Assembly: GCA_965178125.1 (NCBI GenBank)
Contig: OZ237764.1
Location: 248,001 to 312,000 of the forward strand
Length of the DNA stretch: 64,000 bases
Direction: 5' to 3'
Source: Bilabrum cf. latius
Lineage: Eukaryota
The position numbers were made by a program, and so were the translations under genes. Below the pieces are notes generated by a model that made no database searches, was not told the origin of the DNA, and saw only the letters and a program-made list of their open reading frames with translations. The first letter of the stretch is position 1. Every line of letters starts with the position of its first letter. This document shows positions 26,004 through 39,413 of this stretch, piece by piece.

Positions 26004-26855
26004 TTAGGGATGCCCACCTTTGACCTGTTGCTAGTGCGCAGACATGGTGCTCCGAATCGTCGTCGCGCTCTAGTCTGACCCTCGATATGCCTCCATTGAC
26101 GACACAGAGCTGCCACCAGTGGCAGTTCCCAGCCCTGCCCCGGGCAAGTTCCCACCCAGAGACCGCACCACATCCTGCCTCCATTGCGGCTTCACCGCTT
26201 GATCTCCTGCAGCCGCAGAGCTGCCCTATGCGACTCCCGTTGTTCCTTCGACAGCACCGCTTGACCCTGCCTCGACCATCCCCATCGACGGTCCGAGGCT
26301 CAGAGCACCACCTACGCCCAGCGCTGCGCCGCGAGGCGTACCGCTGGTTTCGGTGCCAGGCACAGGCACAGGCACAGGCACCGTGTCGGAGGACACACTC
26401 GCCACACCGGGTGGCGCCATCCCGCCACCCGCTGGCATTTGTGGGGGAGAACCGTGTTGAGCGCCGGCTTGGCCTTGCGCATGCGCTGGTTTGACTGCGC
26501 CGGGGCTGCTACCCTTGCCCGAGGGCAGATGAACCGCCCCGCCACCCGTCGCACCGTGCGACGCACCCTCCTCGGCTTCCACTCTAGGGCTGTCCCCGCT
26601 CCTGAGGCTCATGAGGATGTCTGACACGGCGTGTCTCTCTTGACTCTCAAACCGGCCCTGCGAGCTGTCCGAGCCCGAACCCGAGCCCTGCGCGTTGTCG
26701 CTGTCGTTGCCGGTATCTGCACCTGATGAGCTCGAGTTCGTGTGGCTTGATTGCCTCCGACGGCGGCCATTTTTCCGACCTGACCGACGGGAGCGGCTCG
26801 CCGTCAGCTGCAAGCGAGGCGGCGGGGCACCGCTCGTGCCAGACCTCGATTGCTA

Positions 26856-26889
<34 letters not shown>

Positions 26890-27968
26890 CCAAAATCCCC
26901 TCCCAGACTGCTTCTCGCCCCATCTCCTGCGGATCGGCCCACCGCACCTCCGGGCCCCCCATCTCTCGCGCCACCAGGACCCATCCCCATCCCGAGCCCG
27001 AGCCCCAGCCCAGTTCCCGTGGAGGTCGGTGACGTGGCATCGGGCATGCCCGCGTCCGAGCCGGAGCGGCCGCCCGCGGTGCCGGCGCCGGTTGCGGTGC
27101 TGGCCCGTCCAGCCGATGCCGACCCACCTCCAGTACGCATCGCACTGTCGCCGGTAGAACCAGAGGAGGAGGCCACGGAGGGTCCACGCACGCGCTGCCG
27201 ACCAGTCCCAGCAGCACGGGATGATCCTTGCGCGAGGCTCGGTTGTCGACCGGATAGCCCAGCGACAAGCGAGGCATCTGCTACCATGGGGTAACCAAAC
27301 CTCGCGTCGTTCGGCTGGGAGGACTTTTGGGAGCCCTCGGAATGCGCCCCCGTGGCCTCGGGTTGGCTTCTCCACTCTGGGCGCATCCCTTGCTCCACTC
27401 TAAGCCTGTAGTTCTCGGCAAGCAAGCTTTGATTTTCACTAACAAGTCCATTCACTCTGCGCAGAAAAAAAACGGATTGGGAGAGCACGGGTGCTCGGGC
27501 ATGGGCCAGGACAGATCAACCTTGCACTTTCGTTCGAATCCCTTTCTGCTTCACTACTGCTGGTACGCGACAGGATCAAGCCTATCATCGCGTACCCTCA
27601 AATAATCATCAAACATAAAGTCGATCAAGTCGACGCAAGCGAGAGACTCTACCGGCTGCTGCACTTAAGCATGTATTTTTCTACTGTCACGTGGCAGATG
27701 TCAACACTTCAACTGCAAGCTCGCTGCTACAAAATATCAATGAAATGCGCTGGAATGCGTCTCACTGTACTTTAAGTTGATCTACTCTCGATTCTAGGTC
27801 CTGAACGTGCCTTCTTTTTCGTTCTCGTGAAGCTGCAGCGCTCTCCCGGTTCCGGAGCTTTCTTGCTGCCGCCTTGTCATGTCTGGCTGCCTCTCGCAAC
27901 TCCTCTTCATCTGGAGCTCTCCCTCGTTTCCTTGATGTAACCTTTTTACCCTTTCCAACTCCAGACAT
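26004..27968 (-). CDS. bZIP transcription factor; 2 exons (intron 27765-27457)
   Basis: Basic region RKLRNRESAAASRERKR and a zipper LESRVDQLKVQ|VNGLVSENQSLLAENYRLR spliced in phase. The low-complexity tail runs through TAGs at 26853, 26226 and others to TAA at 26004-26006; the next TGA is at 25845. Confidence 0.8.
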
Positions 27969-28219
27969 GATCGGTTTCGACACCCGTGTATTGATGTGTA
28001 AGCGATGGGACTCACGTGAGGAAAGCGAAGCACGCCAGGGCCTGCGGTTCGCTGCAAGCGGTGAAGGTTCCTTGATCAGCCTGATGGCCCAGTGATGGGG
28101 CAGCCATTGGGGCTTGCCACAATGAATAGAATGATGCTTACAAACAAATTTTGTGTCAGCCACATCACAAACTTGCAGCCCACTTGCACTGGGCCCACCC
28201 ACCCAACGAGCCGGGCCCT

Positions 28220-31200
28220 TCAGGTCCCCTTCCATCCGGTCTTGACCCCAAGCATCGCCTCCAGGGCGCGATTGTACGGACGGTAAAACGCCGCCAGCTC
28301 CGCCTCTACGTCCTTAGGGATGGGTTGGTACCCTCCTTGCAGGGCCCACCCGCTGGCGTCCTCAAAGCGAGGGTACAGGAGGGCGAAGTGCTCCCCCATG
28401 CTCTCCTCCGTCGTGGACGCAAAGTCGAAGGGAGACAGGCCCAGGAAGTCCGTCACGCGACGCATCGTGCCGTTCGCGTCTCTTTTAAGCTCCGAATCCA
28501 GCAGCACCAGCACCCGCTCCCTGGGCAGGTGGCCGAGTAACCTCCTCAGGTGGGGGGCATACATTCCCCTGAGCAAAAAGTCCCTCGCTATGTTGGAGCC
28601 TGTTCCCTGGGGCCAGCACCCGGGGGTTGACCCCACTGTGGGGCGCAGGGTGGGGTTGCGTCCGCTGCTCAGTGCGGCGGTCACTTTATCCACCACCTCG
28701 GGATCCACGAGAGGGGCTGCATCGGCGAAGGCAGCGCCGAACCACAGGCTGCCGGACTCTGCACCGGCTCTCTCCGCCACGTCAACCACGTCAGGGCGAC
28801 GGCCTGACCCAGTGTCGTTGGCTACCTCTCTCGCCGCCAGAGCCGCCGCAATGGGCTGCACCCTGGCCCACCCTTCGTCCTGGATGCACACCATGTCTCT
28901 GGTATCCAGCCCGATAGCCCCCGCTTGCGCCCCCGCCTTCCTCGCCTGCCTCACGTCCCCTTTGACCACCCCCAGGCCCATGGACGAGTCGTGCACGAAC
29001 CGCTCCAGTCGGTTGGCAAGCGCCAGTGCCTCTCTTGAGAGGCCAGCCTCCTGGGCATCACCAGGCCCAGCCGAGCCGTGGCCACCGCCCCAGCCCAGCC
29101 AGGTCCCGTCGCTGGCCCGCCCCCTGTTTTTGCCCTCTTCAACACCCCCCTTGCCATGACTCTCATCAAGCCCCTCTTCATTGTTCGACCCATCCCTCCT
29201 CGCCTAGCCCTAGCCCTAGCCCTAGCCCTCGCTGGCATGGGCATGGTGGTGATCACCATCGTCCTCCCCCCGCAGCATGTCGTCCTCCCAGGGAACAAGA
29301 GAACCCTCCCTATAGCCTCCCTGTTGGGGAAAACGATGCGCACCCCCCCGCACCGGCCCGTTAGCCCCCCTTTTCGCTGTTCCCCAGAAAATCTTACCCA
29401 GCCACTCCACCCACCCACCCCCGCCTGCCCCTTCTTCAGCACCAAGCCCGGCCCCATCCCCATCCCCCTCTTCAGCACCAAGCCCGGCCCCATCCCCATC
29501 CCCCTCTTCAGCACCAAGCCCGGCCCCATCCCCATCCCCCTCTTCAGCACCAAGCCCGGCCCCATCCCCATCCCCCTCTTCAGCACCAAGCCCGGCCCCA
29601 TCCCCATCCCCGAGTTGGCGCCAGCCATGTGCGACAGAGTGGCCGCCCCCCGCAACACTGGGTAGCGCCAGGCCACTGCCGGGGGCAGGCCACCCCGCTC
29701 TCTGTCGGGGTACAGCCGCCGCCCCCGATTGATCGCCCTGCTCATATCCGCCCTCTGAGCCCACTCGGTGCGCGTGCTTCACCCCATGCTCCAGAGCTGC
29801 ACGAGCCGAGGCTGCCGCGAAGCCGCTCAGAGCCCGGTTCCTGCCCCCCACGACCCCCCCCCGCAGCAGTCGCAGCAGGTGCCACTTCCTCCTCTGCCCC
29901 AGGCTGCGCCCCCGCCAGGTTCTCCTAAAGGACGCCTCCCATTCCACGGGCCCACCGGCTGGCACGACCTCCCTGCCCTCGTTGTCCCACACGTCCTCTT
30001 CGCCCCCGAGACCAGCATCCGCAGCGGCGGACCCGGAGAAAGGAGGCACGAGCGCGGGGTGCAGGAAACCGGAAGTGCTCCTGGCCGCCAGCTCGATGGC
30101 GGAGGCTGGAGACCGCGGCTGCACGAGGCTCCCCGTCAGGCGCTGCGCGGTGAGCCACAGGTGGTCCTCCAGCCGACGGCGGGCGATCGGCCCCCGGTCT
30201 AGCCAGGGCAGGGCGGGATCTGCCTTTCCCGGCATCCTGCGCATGTTGGGGAGCCGCCGGGTGCCGATGGGGGGCTGCTTGGGGTTGCCGAACCCATCGT
30301 GGCCCGGCTGTTCCCCATGGACGAGAGCCCTGGACACGGCCCCTGGGTCTCGCATGGCCGACATGGCCAGTCCTAAGGGCGCCTCCAGGGTGCTTTTGAT
30401 CCGGTCAACCTCTCCCGGGCCCACTCGGCCCCACGCTCCGGCTTGCTGCAGTTCTTTGACTTCAGCGTGTGCCGTCTCCAGGTCGATGGGATCCAGTCCC
30501 AGCGCAGGAGGCCCCACGCCTGTGCCAGTCGACACGGATGACAGCACACGGCCGGGGCCAGACAGGGCCACGCGCCTCTCTGACGAGTTCCGCCACCCGC
30601 TGGAGCACCCGCCACCAAATAGCGCTGTGGGTTGCGCTTGGGGCCGCTGTCTCTTCGTAGGCTTGGAGGGGCCGCCACTTCCTGGGTCTTGCTGTTGCTG
30701 ACCATGCTGCTGGATCAATGGGGCGGTCAACAGCTGGGCCTATCGGCGGGTTGCAACCGCCTACGCTTGTTCCCTGGTTTGAGCCACGTGGTGGTCCGGT
30801 TCATCGCATGGCTCCAGGCACCTGGAGGCCAGCGCAATTTCGGTTGCAACCGCGTCCCTGAGGCTCTGCTCCACCTCTGCTCTGGTGGTGGGGTCTGTGA
30901 AGCAGCGGAGGTAGCTGTCCATCGGTGCGTGCTCAACGGATATGTTGGGGCCATCCACTGAGGAGGGGGCTAGCATTCGCTGAGACGTTCGGCTTGCTCC
31001 GCTGGGGGTACCGCCCCTTGTCGAGTTGCTCGCGGCGCTCTCAGCCTGCAGCTGCCTGCTCCCCGCCCCGCTCTCCTACAGCTGCACGTTGATGGGGGGC
31101 AGGCCTGGAGCTCCCAGAGATACCTCCAGGGACTGCAGCGTGGCTTCTGCGTGCAGCCGCAGGCCCGTCCTCGCTGTGCCAAGCACTCCCATGACGGCTG

Positions 31201-32470
31201 CCCTACCTCGGCTCGCGCTCTGCCTGGGAGTCTGCAGCAAGCGGAGTGCAATGCACTGTGGCGCATGCCTGTTCTCCCGGACGAAGTCACGGAGGGCCTT
31301 CCACCCCTGTCGGTTTCCTCCGAGCACCTGCTCCGCTTCCTCGTTTCCCTCCCCTCTAACCAGCCTCCCCACACAACCCTCAATGTTCCCTGTCAGGTGC
31401 TGCCACTGCTACGACTCGCCGCCTAGCCGCCTCTGCCCGCCGTCTACCTACCGCTGGTGTTCCTGCCCTCCATCTAGAAGGGCCCCTGCCTGCCCGGCAC
31501 TGTGGGCTTCAGATTCCGACAGTCCGCGACCGGGCTCACTCGTCACACCGCCCGTATGACCGCGGCGGAGGGCCTGCCCTCCTGCTCTGTTCCTCAGCTA
31601 CTCCCGGTGCCACGCGCCCCCTCCGCCCCCTCCTGCAGCGCCGGGTACTGAGCCCGAGCCTGGCGGGCTGCCGGCTCCTGTCAGGCTGGCAGCAGCTACA
31701 GCAGCTGCAGTCCCATCTCCTCTCAGATCGAGTCCTTCTTCCTGCAAGCAGTACTAGACGGCAGCGTGCGTGGCGGCCAGGAGCTGCTGGTTCCGCCTGT
31801 ACGCCTTGCTCCGCACGCGTCGCAGTTTCATCTGCCACTCCGAATAGAACCTGTCAACAGGGTCACGGAGCACGAGAATGACGCGGGCATCCGGCCAGAG
31901 GGCTGCAACTCCGTGCCCGAACGAATCGTGGGACATGTATGCAGGCGTAGCCTCGCCTGTTATTTGCCACCGCACGCGCTGCTGGAAGCGGCCTCCGATC
32001 TTTTCAGTGCGATCCGTGCTGGATGGGGCGTCCAAGTCAGGATCCATGATAGCATGGGGAAGCTGTGACGCACTCCACGCTAAGGTTTTACCTCTGTCGA
32101 AGAAGTGCAGTTCCTTACTTCGTGTCGGTGCCACGGATGGATGCATTGTCAGGTAGCTGAACAGCGCAGAGCTCCCTGACTTCTGCGCTCCCGCTATCAC
32201 AAAGGATGGCAGACAAAATGAATATTTACTGACTGGTTGACCCTGGCAGCAGCACTGCATGTTCCGCGTTGCCGTTGAGGGGCTTTGCTTCCATTCACAA
32301 ACGAGCTGGGAAACGAAGCCTCTGTTTATGGTAGACTGGTGCAAATCCAAGTCCAAGCTTGGACCGCATGGCTTCCCAAGCTCTGCAGATGAAGAATCCG
32401 ACCGAAATGGGAGCGTGCTACTAGCACAGACAACCACATGCGCAGCAGCAAGGATTGCAGCGGAAAGCAT
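28220..32470 (-). CDS. Golgi-type (heparan sulfate sulfotransferase-like) sulfotransferase with a very large internal insertion; 1416 aa
   Basis: Signal/anchor sequence, 5'-PSB PSFVIAGAQKSGSSAL, KELHFFD and 3'-PB LRDPVDRFYSEW at the N-terminus. LLRGMYAPHL…ERVLVL…FYRPYNRAL at the C-terminus. One continuous frame through multiple TAGs; TGA stop. Confidence 0.8.
29430..29610 (-). repeat. 36-bp coding tandem repeat (GDGDGAGLGAEE) x5
   Basis: CTTCAGCACCAAGCCCGGCCCCATCCCCATCCC repeats directly. Confidence 0.9.
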
Positions 32471-32955
32471 TCTCCAAGTGTGTTGCCGCTCCAGGTGGTC
32501 AACACTAGCCTGAAACTTATCGCATCAACACCCTCCTGGGTGTTAGAGTCTGTAATATTTAACTGTAAACTAGAATTATCCTTGCTAGACGTACAGAGAG
32601 TGTACCCAAGGAGTTGAAATCCTACAGAACGTGTCTCTCAAACCGGAAGCATCATGCGGCGGCGGCGGCCACTGGCAACGTCGATGCTGGATCGCTGCAG
32701 AGTAGCCTGCGGCAGCTACGGGTGCGACCATGGAGAGTGCCAATCCGGTACCGCAAGCAAATAACTCGCGTCTTTACCGCAATGCATGCGGTCTTACACC
32801 GCTTCATTCTCAAGGATAGGTACGCTACTGCCAGCAGCAGCCAAAAGCGGTCCGCACCGCGCCGCGCTAGCAAAGGCAAAAGCAAGTCTCCAGCCGTGAT
32901 CAAATGCGCTGGGTGCTACAACGAGCAACTCCACAGCACCATCGATGAACCCTCA

Positions 32956-35895
32956 TCACACCAGCAGGCCCGTCCCGTCCTCCAGCAGCCACGGCCTCAG
33001 AGGGTCCCTCCCCTGGAACATGTGCTCCCTCTAGGCATCGGGATGCTCCCTCTCTTCCTCCGTGAGGTGGTCCGGCATGTCGTTGATATCCATTAGCATC
33101 CTACCGGTGACTGGGTCTCTGTTGGCGAGGAGACGGAGGGCCTGAAGCTCCTCAGAGACGGGACCTGCGTCCAGGCCCTGGGCCTTGGCCTCGTCTGTGC
33201 CGCTTGCGTCAGCATGCCTCGGCTTTGGACCCGCCTCTGAGTTGAGAACATCCCCGCGAAGTGCACGGCGCCGAGCCTCCACTTGTCGGTGGTCCATGTA
33301 GTGCGTGTACGCCCTGTAGTAATCGTCAAACTCAGAGGGGACCAGGTGGAACTGCACCCACTGCGCGAGGGTGCCGCTGCTGGCCATCTTGTTCAAGTAG
33401 AAGTCGTCGTGGTAGATCGACAGCTAGGTCCCCATGGTGGTGCTGATCGCGGCTGGAGGTAGCGAGCACAAGAATGGGAAGGTAGACACGCCCGATGGTA
33501 CGAACTGCGCGTTCCGGCCCGTGGGTTTCAGTCCGTCCCACGTGTACCCCTCCCACCAGTTGGTCATGAAGAACTCCTCAAGCACCACATTCATGCCAGT
33601 CTCATCGTAGCGACCGACTGTGCCGTCAGACACGTTGAGGTGACCCACGGCCCACTCGTTGCACACCGCTCCCGTGGCGGCAGCGTGGTCCCGGGTGGCC
33701 TGTGTCACCACCTCGTGCGCCCGCAGCACCTGCCGCGCCCCCGTGGCGGCGTCGATGAAGGTGAACGAGGCAGAGTCCTCGTAGTCGAAGATGCTGGGCG
33801 TGCGGACGGCTGTAACCCCGCCTCCTGTCACCACTCGCGTGTTCGTGTAGGTCCCCTCGCGCATCTGCAGGTCAGGTTCCCACTCGTCGTCATCGAGGAG
33901 GGGTACGTCGTCTCTGAAGGACGGTCGAGAAAGGCTGTAGGGGGTCTTTCCGGAGTAGGCCTGCGATACTAGTTCATGGAGTGGTTCATGGTTCAAGCGG
34001 AGGAGTGCATGGTCTCGGAGCAAAGCTTTCACATCGAGGCTGCATGCCTGCTCACCGTGAATCGAATGATGCAGTCGTTCGGGCTGGCCGCCGTCCCGTC
34101 CTTGCATTGCGAGCTGCGGTCCTCCGCTCTCATGACGAGAGTCCTCCTGTTTCCGATATCAACCGGGCTATCCTGGTCTATCGTGGTGGCGGGCAGGCTG
34201 CAGTCCCCTCTTCGTCGCAACATGCACCGAATGTCCTCGCTGTAGTTGCCCGCGCCCCGGAGCGCCAGAGCCAGAGAGGGCGCCTCGGTGCCGGCCACCA
34301 TCCTGACATCTAGCTGTGCAAGTTCATAGTCTGGGTTCTGCATCACGATAAATGTGAGGTCGCTGTCGCTGTCCACAGGCAGGGCTGGGACTCTCAGCGC
34401 CTCTCCATCTTCGGGTCTGTATGCCACGACCGGCTCTAGGTCGTAGAAACCTGCTCCGGACACCACCGCCGAGTACGCCTCGCGGTTTTGATCCAAATTC
34501 ACCGAGAATGGACTCTATGCAGATGCGATCTAGTTGGCAATGAAGGCGCCGGAGATGAAGTCGGTGACGGTCACGTTGGCAGTCGGGTTGTTGTTGGCCG
34601 AAGAATCCAGGGTTACGGTCGCAACGTCGATCTCGCCGAGCGGTGTCGCGGACACAGACGGAGTCTGCGGGGTGGGATGCAGGTTGGATATAGTGTGCTT
34701 AAGCGGTGGGCACGATGGGTGGCAGCACTTGTGCATGCCATATGTTGCTGGCCATGCGCTCTCTCACTGGGCTCTGCGATGAAGGGCATGGGGCATGGTG
34801 GGTGGGGTAGGGGATTGACACACTGACCGATGTAGGGAGCTGGGCGCGGATCGGAATTGCACCCGCGAGGCCCATCGATCCTGCTGCTTAGACCAGGCAG
34901 TCTGTCAACTCACGGGGCTCGGGGTGATCGAGGGTGTCGGGGAATTGGAAGGGGTTGTGTTGGGAGTCGGGCTGTTGCTTGGAGTCGCACTCGGGATAGG
35001 CGATGCGGAAGAGGCCGCACCACCCCCATTCAGAGTCCCCTGCGCCAGAGCATCAGCTCCCTCCCCCCCTTTGGGAGAGAAAGTAGACCCTGGCAGTGCA
35101 TCGCGGAGGGCGCCCGCCATCGAGCCATCCTCCAGTGCATCTGCCACACGGGCCCCGATGGTCGATGCGTCGGCCTGACTCGTCGCCAAAATATGCTGTA
35201 TGATTGTGCTTACGACGCTCTGGGTCTTCCGCCCCGGAATGAGAGCACCATCCCTGGGTTGGGGTTGCGACCGCAGCGCCCTCAGTCTCAGTCTGGCCGC
35301 CGAGCCAGAAGCGGCGTCCTCGATCGTGACAAGGATGCTGGCTGCTGCGACTCCGTAAGTACTTGCAGATGTACTGGCTATGGTGCCTGCATCGCTGCAG
35401 CTTACGGCAGTTCCTTCCACCTCAAAGGCCACCCGGACGTAGTGCGTGAATGAGCCGGAGGCAACTGCGCTGCTGGCATCTGATGGGCACGCTGCTTCGG
35501 CAAGGTCAGTGCCCCCCAGGTCGCCACCAGACGTAAACGAGTCATTGGTGTCGCTACCGTCGTCGCTTAGTCCAACACCAAGTCCAATGCCCACCGCGGC
35601 TGCGACAACGAGAAGTGCGATCGCAATGCTGCCGCCGACGCAGCAGCACGAGAACCCCGAGTCAACCTACTTGACTTCTCGATCGCCAGCCTCTTTAGTG
35701 GTTTGGTCAATCTTTTCTATCTTCATGGGGTTGTCTTGGTCGGCAAGGGTTGTTGGTTGGACAGGGCCTTGGCTTGATTGCACCTGCGTGAGCATGCACC
35801 GTAGCACTTCGAACGCTTGAGGCATCTGCCCGCAAACGGAGAGGAATGCAAAACCGTTGCACGACCGTCATACTTCTTACTCCAAATCCAGCCAT
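32956..35895 (-). CDS. Type II membrane protein with a Ser/Thr/Pro stalk and a large extracellular domain; multi-exon
   Basis: MAGFG exon, CCC followed by TM GGSIAIALLVVAAAVGIGLGVGL, and a PSxTP stalk. Introns at about 35880-35784, within 34911-34664 (possibly containing a 12-nt microexon) and 34055-33961. Several in-frame TAGs; TGA at 32956. Confidence 0.65.
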
Positions 35896-36093
35896 TTTAA
35901 AACGGTTAGTGTCTAGGGATCCAGTGCTACGGCAGACTGGAGGGATTTGCCGGGTTGGCGCCGCGCGTTTCCGTTTCTTGGTTGCGGAACGAACCGACGT
36001 GCTGGCGAAGGGTCGCACCTAGCAAATTCATTCACGCGTATGATGCCCAGCAATCACGTGTTAATGTAATAAATCAAAATGCATCCAATTCGC

Positions 36094-38316
36094 TCATCTC
36101 TCGGGCGGCGGAGGGGGTGTCCTTGCCTCGCCACTGCCACCCGCCCCGCCAGCTTGCGTGCCAGTGGAGTCCAAGCTGCTGGTTGCCCCTGGCGCGGGCA
36201 CGGATACAGCAACTCCTTCGTCCTGGGCAGGGGCCGCCGCTCTTGCAGATGCAGATTGACCTACATGAGATCCCGCTGCGCCATTGGCATCCGCACCATG
36301 GGCCTCCTGCCTACTGGCACCGCCAGAGGCAAGCCTTGCATGGGCGCGTTGCAACTGCTGCTCAAGGGCCGCCACCTTGCTATCTCTCTCGTGGAGCTGC
36401 TCGAGCAGCTAGTTCTGGTCTTGCTCCGCGGCTGCCTCGAGGGCCGCGATGGCCCTTTCCAGTTGTTCCCTGGGCATGTATCCCTCTGGGGGAGGAGCAG
36501 GCCCTTTAGCATGGGGCTCCGATCGAGATGACTCATTCTCCGACGATGCCTCACCAACGGGCCCGCCCTCGCTCGAGCTGACTGGCTCGTTGGCGTTCCC
36601 GACTCGCGCATTCTCTTGTTCCCTGGACCGAAGCAGTGCCTCAAGAGCCTGGTCTATCCTCTCCAGGCGGGCGCGCACCTGCTCCGAATCCATCAAGCCA
36701 CTACCCACGCCATCCCGACCGGCATGCGCGCCGTTCGATCCAGTCATCACACCGTTGATCCGCCCCTATTCTCGTTTCTCAGGACTTGAGCGCCGCAGGG
36801 GAGAGTAGGCGCTGGCGGCAGCGGCGTGCGACCGCACCCCCATCCGCTCCAGCGCTGCTCGCCTTGATCCCCGCAGCGGAGCACCTGCTCGAGATTCGTC
36901 CGTTGTGAGGCCAGCCAGCCGAGCCTAGCCCGATGCACTCAGGAGACCATCCTCTGGCTCCCTGTGCCCTGCACCCCCTTTGCCGCCGCCCGAAGCTTTG
37001 CCGTTGGCACGTCGGGGCGACGCTTTCTTTGGCTGTTTAAGAACGTTCCCGCCGCTGCCGTTCCGATTTGATTGTCCTGCATGGAGCCCTGTCGGTGTGT
37101 CCATCGCCTGTCTCTTTCTAGACTGGCGCCGAGCAGTTGCCCCAGTTGCCCGAGGGGACAGGCCGTGCCTCGTCACCGCCAGGGGTCCCAGAACTGCCAC
37201 CAGCTCACGCACTGCGCGGCGCGCTGCGATTCCGAGGCCCTCGGGGTTGTCATTTGGCGCACCCTGACCAGTCGAAATGCCCCCTGATTCACCGCGAGAA
37301 TGCCCTGCTAGCAAGTTGCCATCCCCATCCGGCACCATGCCTCGCTGGTCAGCAGGCGCGCCGTCTGTATGCGAAGCAACCGAAGCCGATTCTTCTATTG
37401 GCTCCTATTCATCACCATGAACATTGCCCAATGAATCACCAAGACGGCCACTACCGGCGAATAAAACAGAACCACCAAGCACTGACCCTGCCTATCCATC
37501 GCTGCCCAGCAATACCCCGTCCTCCCTGGAGATGCCCGTGTTATACTCCCAGAAACCTTGGGCCTCACGGGCAGTTCCAAACCGTCTGCCATATACTAGA
37601 AACTCCTTCAGCCCGAGAAAAGGGTTGCGCAGCACTTGTATATCGGGGTGAAGCCAAGATGGCCGAACAGTAGTGGAGCCATTGCGCGTTCGGACCCGAA
37701 TCGAATCGGCATGAACATGCGATACGGCCAAGCCTTGACCAACTGAAGGCGATTGGTCCTACTTCGGACCACCGGCGGCCGAACTCATTCCCATAGCCAT
37801 GTTGAACGCTGACCTCGATGATGCCAAGCCAGGAGCTACAAGACCAGAGTTTACCTCAGGTAGGCCTCTGCTAACAGCAGAGACAGCTAAATCATTTGTT
37901 GATGACCCGTTTGATTGCAATGGCGACTACGGAATCATTGCGCTGCGGCCGTGCAGTCGAGCTGTTGTGCGATCCGGAGAAGACACAGGCGTCGACCCGC
38001 GGAGGGCCGATTTACCAGAGCCTAACCGGCGATCTGACGCGGGGAAAATTTTTGCGCTCGTCCTATGCTTTGGTTCAGTTTGGTGCGTTGGCGAGAAAAG
38101 CTCGTCGGGTCGCTGGGCACGACGCTATCGCGAGGATGCTCTCGTCTGCTGCAGCCTTGCGCTTCTGGATTGAGTCTTCCTCCGCGGAGACATGGCTTCG
38201 TATACAGCCGAAATCCTATCGCGCGTTTCCATGGCAATAGACTGACTGTGTTTAACGCCAGCTTTCTGCAGGGGGCTACTGAAATTGTTGGATCGGGTCA
38301 GGTTGCGTCGATTCAT
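36094..38316 (-). CDS. Hypothetical 740-aa protein with a C-terminal coiled coil
   Basis: ORFs 38125..38319, 37492..37731, 36925..37338, 36409..36750 and 36094..36375 share one frame and are separated only by TAG (e.g. EQDQN*LLEQL). TGA stop. Confidence 0.7.
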
Positions 38317-38618
38317 CACGCAACATCACGCAGGATCGGATCACGGCACATTAAATTCCGGATCACAAGAACGAAACTTGCGACCGTGTGCAGCGCAGCG
38401 TGCTTCCAACATGAATACGAATATCCACGACACTGTGCTTCGGAATGGTAGGAAGGGAGGATGGTCAGTGATCACAGGCACAGGCAGGGTACTAGTAGCT
38501 TGAACGAACTTGCATGGATCGAGAGCGCTTCGTGTGCGCACGCTGTCAGACCGGGTTGCTTGAAGAAGTGCAACGAAATGGTGAATATGGAACAAGGTTT
38601 AATACACGATGCGATCGA

Positions 38619-39231
38619 TCACGAGTACATGGACTCCTCCTCGTCAGGCAGCGTCCCGAACCGCATCACGAAAGCAGACGCGAAGATGATCAAGTTCGAC
38701 GCGAAGACCGAGATGCCAGGGTACGCGTCCAACTCATCGTCGTTGAGAAATCGCTCGACCATGATGAAAACCGCGCCAGTGAGCACCCCGATCGCAACCA
38801 CGAGCGACACGATCAGGAAGGCTCGGGCCCTGCCTTGGGCACCTTGATCGTCCACGTTGTTCAACTCGTGCCAGGGCATGGCATTCAGCGCAATGAAAAC
38901 CATTGTCATCGCAACGATGAGGATCCATGAGTACCCGCTTACTCTTCGTGCTTCATCTCGGGTGGCTGCATTCGCATCGTAGACGCCCCAGGCCGCTCCA
39001 TCAATGTAGAGCCACAAGCCAGCCCCATACTGCGGCAAGAATGACGCACTTATTGCAACTTTTGTATGATCGATTGAAAACAGATCATGCGCTCGAAGTC
39101 GCAGCGAAGCGCAGCGGGTATGTACTGCTGGTCGAATAGTCACTCACCAAGAACCCAGCAAACAGGGAAGCGAGCTGCTATGTGAGCGCCTTGCTGGAAG
39201 AACTATCATCGTAACTAAATCCCCCGTACAT
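38619..39231 (-). CDS. TMEM50/Vps68 (UPF0220) family membrane protein; 2 exons
   Basis: LT*QLASLFAGFL|YGAGLWLYIDG, ARAFLIVSL and YPGISVFASNLIIF match the family pattern; 4 TM segments. Intron at about 39147-39030. TGA stop. Confidence 0.75.
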
Positions 39232-39413
39232 AGTCTTGCACGAGTCCTTTGCTAGGAAAAAGATCCTGTGGTGCCTTTTCCTGGATTTCGCCTTGCGGAA
39301 CCTCAAGCCCGCGGCGCCGCTGGTGAAACCGCACTAGACTCGAAAGAGATTTGCAGTCGAAAGAAGACATTTGTCCGCAGTAACTCGCTAGTAGTGCATG
39401 ACAAGTGCATGTA

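Noticed and set aside
29205-29228. Telomere-like (CCCTAG)n repeat
   Set aside because: Only about 3.5 units, in frame as Gly-Gln codons inside the sulfotransferase.
32520-32955. ORFs 32614..33096 (+) and 32652..32903 (-)
   Set aside because: No ATG start or recognisable motif; probably UTR or intergenic sequence.
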